A DNA stretch of 50,333 bases, counting the filler, from Jimgerdemannia flammicorona (Eukaryota), in NCBI GenBank assembly GCA_003990765.1. It is 2 parts of 2 records of this genome, joined end to end, with 100 filler letters (N's around TTAATTAATTAA, not from the genome) between each part and the next. Parts side by side here need not be neighbours in the genome. Positions count along the whole stretch, not along the records: positions 25,222 to 50,333 come from RBNJ01000881.1; 1 more part is not named here. One strand, given 5' to 3'. The notes under the pieces were generated by a model, which saw only the letters and a program-made list of their open reading frames with translations, ran no database searches and was not told the DNA's origin. Every line of letters begins with the position of its first letter. The first letter of the stretch is position 1. This document shows positions 25,222-36,671 of this stretch, in pieces. The position numbers and the translations under genes were made by a program.

Positions 25222-26525
25222 TCAGTCAAATACTATTGTGTCGAGGGCTGTTAATCGTAGGTCTTGCACTAAATGAACTCAACGCCAACGTCTGGGATGC
25301 CTCAGATTAAACAAGTAATTTGTTGGTGGCAGCATAGCATACCTTTTGGTTATTCTACACAATGGCATTGCACGTCATTGACAAGAGTTGGTGACAGGAA
25401 GGCTGCGGACGTTGTTGATATGTCGCTCGATCGCCGTCAGCTTCGAGATGTCACCCCCCAGATCGTGTCGCCTCCAGTTCCGGCTTTGGTTCGGTTGCGA
25501 CAATAAAAGAGATGCGTCAGTCAAATACTATGCGTCAAGTGCTGTTATTCGTAAGTCTTGACAGAAAAACTCGTCGCCAACAACTGGAATATTTTGGATT
25601 AAACAAGAGATATATTAGAGTCAGCTCAGCAATACCTTTGGTTGTCTGCATAATGACATTCCACGTCGTTGACAAAGAGTTTGTGACAGGAAGGCTGCAA
25701 ACGCTGTCAAAATGTCGCTCGGTCGCCTTCAGCTTTGAGAATAGTTTGATAGCAATCGCCCCAGATCGTTTCGGATCGAGTTCGGGCTTTGGTTCGGTTG
25801 AATTGCCTTTGGAATAATGAAAGAGGAGGAATAATACGTCAGTCAAATATGCGTCGACGTTAGTTAACGTAGCTTTGCACAAAACGAACTCGTCGCCAAC
25901 TGGGATGCTTCAGATTAAACAAGAGATGTAATGGTAGGCAGAACGGCATACCTTTTGGTTGTTCTGCATATTGCCATTGCACGGCGTTGACAGAAGTTGG
26001 TGATAGGAAGCCTGCGGACGTTGTTGAAATGTCGCTCGGTAGCCGTCAACTTGTAGAAGAGTTTCAATACGCTGCGCTGGTGTTGCCCTCAGATCGTGTC
26101 GTCTCGAGTTCGGGCTTTGTTTCAGTTTGGGACAATAAAAGAAGAGGAATAAAATACGTCAGTTTAATATTGTGGGTCGAGGGCTGTTAATCGATCGTCT
26201 TGCACAAAACAAACTCGTTGCCAACAATTTGGAAGATTCATATCAAACAATTGATATATCGGTAGCTGCGCTGCATACCTTTCAGTTAGTCTGCATACTG
26301 GCATTGCAAGTTTTGGTGACAAGAAGGTCGGGGACGATATGTCGCTTCAGCTTCGAGAAGAGTTTCACTGCGCAGGTGGCGTCTCCTGAACATGTCGCCT
26401 GTGGTTCGGTTGACTTGCCTTTGAAGAGGAATAGAAAATGCTATTGCGTCGCGTACTGTTAATCTCACAACGAACTCGTCGCCAACAAATTGATGGCAGC
26501 ACAGCATACGTTTTGGTTGTTCTGA
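25222..26525. repeat. Diverged tandem repeat, ~295-322 bp unit, four full copies plus a partial fifth
   Basis: Unit starts tcagtcaaata at 25222, 25517, 25839 and tcagtttaata at 26159. Shared motifs aactcgtcgccaac, attaaacaag, atacctttgg, gtgacaggaagg, atgtcgctc, ggttcggttg recur in order. Confidence 0.88.
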
Positions 26526-27099
26526 ATATTGGTGTCGCAGGTTTGAGAAGGATTTGGAGAAAGAAACGCTGAGGACAGGGGACAGCGAGTGTTTTGGGGA
26601 TTCTCGAAAGCGAGGTAGGTAGGAACGAGGGTCGGAAAAGTTATTCTAAAGAGTGGGTTTGTCATAAGAGATATTTCGAGGAAGAAGAGGGTTCGAAAGG
26701 GGGAAGAGTTCAAAGGGGGCATAGAGGAGGTTGGGAGATAGAGGGTAGAGAAAAGTTCGAATGGGGCAAAGGGAAACGTATGGATGTGTGGCGTTTAGCA
26801 GCAAAAACATGGGACTGCGATTCTTCATGAACACGTGGAGGTGATACCACAACAAGTCGGAAACCCACCAGCAAGTAGAAGTGACCTTGTTCCCTTGACT
26901 GCAGTAGTGATATATAAGCATAAATGAAATGAAATGCAGTCCACCAGAACCTACCAAAATCGCACCTGCCCAAATTATATGTCATCCACCTCCATTCCCA
27001 CTTGACTGCTTCGACACGCTACCACTCTCCGTTTACGACCATTCGCTGTTCATGGCACATGTATTGATTCTTGAACATTTATTGTTGTCAAAAAGATAA

Positions 27100-30000
27100 A
27101 TTTGATGTATAAAGAAATTGACTCCAGATTTGCCAATCAGTATATACTGTGATGAGTGAATGCTATAGTATGGCCAGATGATGTCCAAAGAGCACATAGC
27201 ATAGTTACCCTATATAGTTATCCACATATACTATAATTTGTATAAATAACCAGATGTACTAAATAGGGTATGTTGATTTCATCTCAGCTGGAACACTTAT
27301 TCTAAGTAAAACCATCATTCTTAGTGAAGCACCTGTCTTATGAGAGAACAAGTGATTATATCTTCTTTAAATTAGTCTTACTGTACATTTTATAATTATC
27401 TAGATAGAAATTAAAGAGCAATCATATCTGTATAAAATATCTCAAAGATTTAAGTAAATAATCCTTAGTCCAAAAAGTCAAAGAAAAGCAAAAGCCAATT
27501 ATCTGAAATACTTTAGGAGAAATATCTATCAAAAGTTACTTAATTTAAAAAATAATTAAAAGATATATCTGCTAATGAATCAATATCAAAAAATTATAAG
27601 CTTTATTTTTTTTCTACTCTGATCTACTTTCTGATATAAAGTAGTTTACTGATTTTGGTCTACTTATCAGATTAAGTATGAAAAACTTAAATTATCTGCT
27701 ATATTTTATATAGTAATATTTATTTTAATCTCTTTTATATTTTTGAATAACTTAAATAATAAGATATTACTTAGGGACTTGATATATATAGATATCAAGA
27801 AGTCTTTCAATTGTTCTTTCACTTAATAGTATTTACTATGATTGAGAAATTAATATTTCTTTATAGTGAAATAAAGGTATTATATTTCTTTAGTAACTAT
27901 AATTATACATAAAGAACTTATTCTTACTATATACTTACTGAATCTCTTATAATTCAGATTCATAGAGATTTCTTTTTGTGATTTATATACTAGTTCTTAT
28001 ATAGTTCTGATAAAAGTCAGCTAGACTTCTAGAGTTTAGTTAGAAATATTAGAGTAACTTAAAATTCATTACTAAGAAACCCAGAGAAGTATATATAAAG
28101 AATAATTTATACTTAACTAAGAGCTAATTTATATTGAAAACAATTACTGAGATATTTATATATATTGGGCTAAGTAATATTTTATAGTTTTCTGACTATT
28201 TATATAAAACTTATTTAATATATAACTACTTTAGTTATTAATTTACAAAATAAATAACTTTATATTAAGATAATTGCTTTTAGTTTTATAATTGCAATAA
28301 ATACTTTTAGTAATATATTGAATAAGTAATATAGTTACTATAGTACTAGTGTAGATGTATTTAGAAAGTTTAGTATCTCATTTTGTGCATTTGTTATATT
28401 TATCTTTTATATTTTATATATCACTTATTTATAAGATTATCATTCAATAAGATAGATAATTACTATTTATAGTATATTACAGATATAATTCTGATTATTT
28501 TATTTTATCTTTAGAAATCAATAACTATATTAATTCTTATTTTATCTATCTTAAAGTTGAGGATCAGAAAAATACTATCAGTTTTGCTCTCTTTATCAAT
28601 AACTCTCTTGTCAGTATATAGATCAGTAGGTATATCAATATTAAGAGTAGAGATATCAATAAGATCTGTAAATAGTTCTTATTAGTTCAGAGTTATAGAG
28701 TCTACTTACTTATCTGAGATTATTTAGAGTAGGATTAAATATTACTATCTAATATAGTTAGTACTATCCATATAAGAGATTTGATCTTTATTTTTAGAGA
28801 TATTTATTTAAATAGGCAATCTTTTAAATAAGTTAAAGAGACTTTAAATCTATTAGTCAGAGTTATTATTTAGTAAGGGGCTCTAATAGAGTTCACTATT
28901 CATAGTCTTAAAAATAATCCAAAAGTGAGCCTCAGTAGCTATCTTTACTTCTATTTTATCTACTTCAGAATAGGAGAGATTCTGGATATAAGATTTATAT
29001 AAAGTTGAAATTAAAAATTATAGTGAGCATACTGAAGATTTAATAGATCTTTTTAGTAAGTCTCTATTCATATCTATCAAAATTAGTTGAGATAGTAATT
29101 TATTCCACAGTAAGATCTTGGTAATATAAAAGTTAACTTCATATTCATACCAGATCTCTAAGTAGCTGGTAGATTAGTAGGCCCTTTTAATAAATTCTTG
29201 GTGATTGAGAACAATGTGTCCTAGATTCTGACTGATGAGATTAAGAATCTTAGAGCAGAAGTTTTTTTCTTATATTACAATTTTGATGTGGTCAAAGAGG
29301 TAATTTGTGAAACTTAAGAGGGGTCATCTTTAGCAGAATATCTATTAATTATATTGAAAAGATATCTTGTAATTTTTAAAATTGAAATAATGTTTAATAC
29401 TCTATCTTTTGTCTGATATTTATATCTTCTTGTATGTAGCTGTTATTTTGTACTAATTATAATAGCTCTCTACTCTAATATATTCCTAATAACTGTATTT
29501 TTATTCTATTATAAGACAAAAAATCTGCCAGTATAAGCTAGGGATATACTAAATATATGAAATTTCATATTGTTAAAAATATCTTATTTCTGACTTTAGA
29601 AGAGAAGTTGGTCACTCTGTTAGAATATTGGCTTCTAGGCTATAGACTGAGAGTTAAAATCTAGTCTTATATATATATGACTTCTGTAATTACTAATAAG
29701 TACTATATATAGAGAGTATAGTAGTTATTAGAGATCTAGAAAAGTTTATTATAAATAAGTTGGAAATATAGGGTAGAGAAGAAGAGTAGTATTGTTTATA
29801 TTAATTAATATATTTATATTTTGAGTGACATAGCTCAAAAATAATATAACTATAAATATCATATATCTAAGCCACATTATCAAGATATATAATAATGAGA
29901 ATTTTAATACTCCTGCTCAATGAGATAATATGTAAGAATTCAATATAAGTAGAAATATAAGAATATAATAAAATTAAAAACAATAACTACAAAATAACTA

Positions 30001-30295
30001 TAAATATACTAAAATAATTCTATCTATCCATTCTTCCAATATAAGAAACTATAGTGAAAATGAAGGATATAATATAATGTGCCTGGTCAATAGAGATAAA
30101 TTATAAGGTTGAGAGTTAATATAGTTTGGCTTAAGCCCCTAGTTACTTTATCAAAAAGTAACAAAATATTCTAAGATTCCTTGTTAGTATTTAGTTATTT
30201 AATAGTTAAGCTGGATATCTATTAGCAAATCTGGTGATTTCCTTATTGAAATAGTTCTTAGGTATAATGGTAATTTGTGTGTATAGCAGACAATT
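27100..30295. other. Extremely AT/TpA-rich relic of unidentified repeat(s)
   Basis: No ORF in the track, essentially no CpG, abundant TpA; same texture as the decayed gypsy relic, but no domain was confidently recovered. Confidence 0.5.
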
Positions 30296-30310
30296 TATAT
30301 AATAGTCTCT

Positions 30311-33300
30311 TTTTTTTTTTTTTTTTTTTATATAGTCACTTGGACTTCCCTTTATTACTGCAATCTATATTAATAATACAATACTACCCCCATCCCCTCA
30401 CCCAATACCCCTTGGATCCCCCTTACTCTCCTCTACCCCTTCCTGTTGGAAGATGACCAAGTCACCTACCACCCTGACCTACTCTCCACTTTTCTGGCAC
30501 ATATACTTCACTAGTCCTTAGCATCTATCTCCTCCAGATCCCCACCCCCACCACCAGTTATTCAAAATGTCCAATAACAGCCATTCCCACCATGCAACCC
30601 TATCCCCAATCTCTATCTGCTGACCCTCCTCAAATACATATAACCAATATCCAGCTAGCCCAACCCAAATTGCCAGAGCCCAACCCAGGGTCAGCCATTC
30701 ATCACCAACCCCCCCCCACTAACCTGCAGTAGAGCTCTCCCCATCTCCCCCCTTCCCCTCCTACCAGTGCTCACAGCCCTAATCTGTCTGCAATATAGTG
30801 CCAAAAAACCTCCAGAATGTCACACTCACCAAGCCAATGTTCAGGCATTTGAATCACTCCCCCTTCCTGTCCAACATCCAAACATTCCTCACACTCATAC
30901 TGTCTATCTGCTACTAAGTGCCCAGACCAAAAGTTCAATATCACATTCTGCCTTAGAAACTGCCACCATACCACCCAGAACTTAGGGGGGAGCCACTGCA
31001 TCATCTGCTTGCTCCAAGGCCAAAGCCCATTCCAGTCCCACCCCTCACTGATCCCCACCCTCTGCTATGCAGTAGGCCACAGGTCCCCCCCTAAGCCCTG
31101 CAAGCACTCCATACTATTGCTAAGCTGAAAGTGCTCTACCAAAGTGCCCCCTAACAGAAGCCTGTCCCATCTCCACATCCATGGTCCCCAATCTCCCTCA
31201 CCTTCATTGCTCTGCCATCGCAAACCAATTCTCTAGGCACTATCCACCACCCCCCAGGGCTACCATTGCGAGCAGATCGCCAGATGTACCATGGGGGGAA
31301 TACCAGGTCTCCCACACTCTTTGCATGAGTGGTACCCACTCCTGTCCCCATAACTCACTCACCCTCTTCAGCCACCATGCTCATAAGCAATGAAGGTATT
31401 TGGAGAAGTCCACCAAGCCCAGTCTGCCACCATCTACAGATAGAGTCAGCACCTCCCATCCTATCTGACTCTGCCGCCCAGCCCAGATCCATGTCTTTGC
31501 CATCTTCAGAAGGTGCCTGACTACCCATGCTGGGAAGTCCAGATGGTATCCCATATACCACAACTTTGGTAGCCAATACACATTTAGCACTATCATCCTT
31601 TCTGCCAAGGAAATGTGCTGACTGCCCTACTGTAAAAGCACATCCCCCCATACTAGGAGTCACTGTTCCCACCAAGCACGAGGAAGGAGAGACCCATATA
31701 TAGAGAAGTAGATTCCTAGATAGCGAATGAGATCCCCTGCTGGCACCACCATCCCAATCATGTTACCACCAACTATTCCTCCACCCAACACCATAGTCTC
31801 ACATTTGTGCTAATTGAGCCTAGCACCAGAGCCCCTCTCATACTATTCCACAGTCTGCCGTAATTCCTCCACATCTGCCAATGAACCCAATCCAACTACC
31901 ATATCATCCACAAAGGCCGCCACCTTCCAATTAATCCCTAGAATGTCCAAACCCCCAATTCAATGCCTGATCCTGTCCAATAGGGGCTCTAAGGAAAGGG
32001 CATATAAGATGGGTGACAAAGGATCCCTCACAACCCAGAGGGAAGGTGATATCTCTGTGTCCATTGACCACCAAGACTGTCTGACTGTCCTCCAAAAGAC
32101 TAATTAACAACCTCCGGAACTCTGGCAAAATACCTACCCTCTTCAGCACCCCTTCTAGCCAGATTCTCTGTACTCTATCATATACCTTCTCCTGATCCAG
32201 AAACACCAGTCAGCCATTAACCCTGGTAGCCCAAGACCCTTCAATTACTCCATGGACTCAGGCTGTCTCATCTCGAATCAACTGACCACCAACAAAACCT
32301 CTCTGCTCAACTCTCAGCACTTGCTGAGTGATCCTCTGCAGCCTAGTCACCAAGACCTTCATAACCAGCTTGCAGTCCATATCAAGGAGCATGATTGGAC
32401 ACCAGTTCTTCTAATCTTCCCTTCTTCTCTTATCCTTAAAGAGCAAAGAGACCAGCCCTAGCCACTGTCCCCCAATCTAAGCTCTAGACTAAAGAACCTC
32501 ATCATACATCTCTGTCAACTCCTCCAACACTGCCTCCACTCTGGCTATCTTTTTTCAAAAATCTCAGGGAAGCTCATCCTCTCCCAGTGCCATCCTCTTG
32601 CTTGTCAAAGCCAGGACCTTGTACACCTCCTCCCCTCTCACTTGGTCCCCTAGAGCCCCTAGACCCATTGCTGGGTTCAGATGCCAACTCTCCAACTGCC
32701 ATTCAATATCCAAGGCATCTCTACTCCCTTATTCCTCACTCCATAGGTCCTTCTAGTGGGATCTTAGCAATTCCAGAATTGCTGGAGTCCCCACCACCAT
32801 CTCTCCATCCTCATCCAAGATGCCATCCCACTGCTACTTAGTTCTCCATGCTTGTAACATCCATGATAAAAACTGAGTGGGTCACTCTCCTTCCTCTAAC
32901 TCTTGCCACCTCTACCTTGTCACCATCCTCTTCATTTTAGCCTCTTCCTCCAAACATAGCACCTCCTTAAGTTCCCTAACTTCCTTCTGAATCCTCGCAA
33001 TGTGCCAGTCTACCACCTCTCTATCTTCCAGCACTCCTGCCCATCTCTCCAGGAGCATCCCCAGCCGCTGCAAGGCCCAGCACACTCTCTGCCACTGCTG
33101 AGCACTCCTCCCTTTCCCTGCCTCCCTCTAATATCCCTGAGTACTTGATTTCAGCCTTCTCTAATAATCTCCTACTGCCAGGCCCTGCTCCCACCATTGA
33201 CCAATTTTTCCAACAACCTCTGTCTCCCAGTAAGCCCATAAATCACTATCCTCCAACAAAGAGAAATTGAGCTGCCAATGTCCAGGCCCATCCCCACTTC

Positions 33301-36033
33301 CCCCAAACCTCCCCCCCCCAAGCAGACCCCAGTGATTAGACCATAGACACCACACCACCTCCAGCATGGCCCAGAAATCCACTCCCCAGCATTCTGCCAT
33401 CAGTATCCAGTCGATCCTAAAACCCAGCCCAGCTGCCCAGTGAGTATAAATTCAACAATCCTCCCAGAACTGTCTCCCCAAGTCCACCAGAGAGCTCAAC
33501 CTCTCCATCTCCATCCAACCATCCAACCCACCACTTCAGCCATTCATCCCTCTCTTGCCATCAGTCCGGTCCACTACATTATCCCTCACTATATTGAAAT
33601 CCCCCCCCAGGCATTCGATCTCAGCCTCAACCATGACACCAGCCTCTTGCAAATCCCTGATCCAGTCCACCTGCTCCCCCCTCTCTGCCAGGCAATAACA
33701 TGACCCAACTGTCAGAGGGCTCCAACCAGGTCTCTTCTACACTCCCCACACCAACTGACTCCCCCAATGTCCTATATCCCCAATGTCCCCTATCCCCTTT
33801 TGCACTAAGATACCCACCTGCCCAAACCACACTGCTGCTCCCCCCCACTCCCTAGTCCAATCCTGAAAGTCCACTTACATACATCCTGCCATAAAAAGAG
33901 ATCTGCATCCAGCCCCCTTGAGCCAACCAAATATAAACTTCTGCCCAGCTGCCCCCCTCAACCCATTCACATTCAAAGAGAATATTCTAGTTGTACTCTT
34001 CATATTGAATAATGTTTGAATGTGATAACCAAGCCTAGTATTCCATGCTCATCTCATCTCCAGCCAGATCCAATTGCCACTCCACTTTCAAGTCCCCCTC
34101 TGCTACAGCCTGAGCATCCAATGCCTCCAAGATTTCCTGATATTCCACCCCATCCACCACTTCCATCTCTACCCGATAGTCCATGCAGACCACTCCCTAC
34201 TTCTCCAATCCCTTCCTCGATCCCCACAAGTAAGCCACTCTGTCATTTGCAATCACCTGGAGTTCCTCCTCTCTCTGATCATTGATCTGATGTTCAACTG
34301 ATTCCAATAGTACTGCCAGGATCTCATTCCTAACCTTCCTCAGCACCTTCTCCCCATGAAGAATTTCCTCTCAATGCCTTTTCTCCATAACCTGGAAGTC
34401 CTCTCCCCCCAGCTCCTCTGCTGCCACCCCTTCCAACATCTTCCACAGCCACTTCTCCTCATCTACTGCCTCTGCCATACTCTGGGTGACCTGATCATCT
34501 CCCACCCCCAGGTCTACCAGAGTGCTCCTCCTCACTGACTCATCCCACTCCTCATCTGGGACATTCAGTAACTCTTCCTCACTCCCTGCCCCCCCTGGGA
34601 CACTATACTGAGGTTGGACTCCTTCACTCATCTCTGCATCCACCTCCACACCACCCTGCTTCTCCTCTCTTGGTCTATCCAGAGCTCCACCTTGGGCCAT
34701 CTCACTTCCCCCCACCCAGTCACTTGCATGCAATCCTGCTCTCCCATCTCCTGTGCTACTGCCAGCCCCACCACTCCCCAAATTCACCAGCAGCTCACTC
34801 TGGATTCTCCTCCCTTACATCTTCTCCCAGGTCATCTTGTCCACTCTGGTCCTCTTCCCCTCAACTACTTCCACCACCGTCTTCACTTCAAACTCCTGCC
34901 AAGCCAATCTCCTCCTCTCAACTGCTCCCTCCAGGTCCTTGACAGCCTCAAGTAAATCTTCCTCCTCTTTTAGAGTCCCCTTCACTTGCGCGACCTTGCA
35001 CTCTACCAGTCCTCACTTCAGAGTCACTGGCCAATCCCTCATCTTTCCCATGTTCTCCTTTCTAGCCAGCCTCACCTGAACATCAACATCACTAGTCCAG
35101 AGCTCTATTCCTTCCCAGACCTTGAACCCGATGTCCACAATCTCCCCAAACTCCTTGAATGCCCCCACAATCAACTCCCTGGCCCTCTCTCTCAGCACTG
35201 TGGGAAGATCCAATACTGTCAAATGTATCACTTGGGGGTCCTAGTGCATACACCTGGCCATAGGGACCACAACTCCACCCACTGTCACCCCCTTCTCCAT
35301 GGTAGCCAACAATGCTTCCTCCTCCTCAAATTCTACCTCAACCCCTTCTTTCTCCTTCAAAAACTTCACCAACACTGCCCCCTTCACCTCCTGCACCACC
35401 AGCCCCAAAATCATCCTCACAGTCACTACCAAGCCACTGAAGCACATTATGATGGCAAATTCTGACCTTGATTTCTTGAGTAATAGTGCCGATACTGTGC
35501 CCATCACCCTATCTGCCAGGTCCCCAGGCCTCATGCTCACCCTCTGTCCTGATCCATCAACTGCCATCACATCTGGATTTTTTTCCAGATCTCCAGTTAC
35601 AGCCCCATCAATAGTTACATCACCAGCCCCTACTCTCCCCCCTTCTCTACCACCAGATACTCCCCTGGGCACTCCTCCCTGACCCCCAGTAGCAGCTGTT
35701 GACGCCCTCCCCAGGCCCAGCCAGCCATCCAGACCCAAGGCCATCCTCTCTATCTTGACCTTGTCAGCAAAGGTCAACCTCTCCCCTCCTCACTGCCTCA
35801 AGCCACCCCTCCCTCCACCACCAGTGCCTCAGCCAGCCATCAAGGCCCCTGGCATCCCCAAACCATCTCCCCTCCTCTCCACCTGTTGCCAGCCAAAGGC
35901 ACCACTGCCCCCCTGGCCAGCATACTCATCAGATCAATTGTTGCCATCCATGTCAATAGTTGTCTGTCACAAAAAATGTTGAGAAAAGTATTGTTCAAGT
36001 CTTGTGTCACCTGAATAGTACTGGTGAAAGATC
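30311..36033 (-). mobile_element. LINE copy D (subfamily 2), full length
   Basis: poly(T) to 30329; 5' end gatctttcaccagtactattcagg on the minus strand; TSD tatataatagtctct (30296-30310) / tatatgatggtctct (36034-36048); ORF1 ~34035-35951 (LLKKSRSEF); ORF2 from 34003 (DQEKVYD, LPKLWY, CEECLDVG..PEHWLGEC). Confidence 0.92.
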
Positions 36034-36048
36034 TATATGATGGTCTCT

Positions 36049-36578
36049 ATATAGTGTAGTGTTTTTCTTATACAAGATGATCTGGTAGTTTAGCAGTCTT
36101 CCATCTTGAGTAACAGATAATCTCTGTATAGTATAATGATCTCCAAAAGTATGTAATTTCTGACAGAACAATTTTGTGTATTGTAATGATCTTGTTTCCA
36201 AAAATATACAATTTCTGATATGATGATCTTGGTGACATTCTATATTTGATGGTAAACTTGATTTAGTGGGTAACTTAGATAACTTGGATGGTGAATAACT
36301 CAATAACTCAGATAATGTGAATTCTTCATGAATTGACAGACTACTGGGAAATAACTCAGATGATATAGATAACTTAAGTGATACAGATAACTCAATTTAG
36401 TATAGATTCTCCTAAATCAGTAGCTCTCTGAGAATATTAGATAACTTGATAACATGGATAGCTCAGATAGCAGATTCTTGGCAAGTTACATCAAAGACTG
36501 ACTTCATTTTCATAGGGTTATATTGAAGACTGGCTTAACTATAAATTTGTATCAGATAGACTGGTTTGTGGCAGGTTT
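36049..36578 (-). pseudogene. Decayed coding relic with a low-complexity repeat and repeated Cys/His (zinc-knuckle-like) motifs; target of copies D and E, continuing at 41242-42315
   Basis: Minus-strand ORF 36007-36303 has ECHQDHHIRNC, GDHYT, RDHHI; recurrent (g/a)ataact(c/t)(a/g) units at 36260-36455; contiguity with 41242 onward follows from the copy E TSD. Confidence 0.4.
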
Positions 36579-36671
36579 CCTTAGATGGGCTCTCTTTTTT
36601 TTTTTTTTTTTTTTTTATAGTCCCCAGGACTCCATCTTTATTACCAGTCTACGAATAATTATACAATATCA

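Noticed and set aside
25222..26525. C/D-box snoRNAs inside the repeated intron-like segments
   Set aside because: CUGA occurs but no RUGAUGA box C is visible in the units; not supported without a covariance search.
27800..29500. Helitron helicase or hAT transposase remnants in the AT-rich block
   Set aside because: Trial translations gave only vague resemblances with no convincing ordered motifs.
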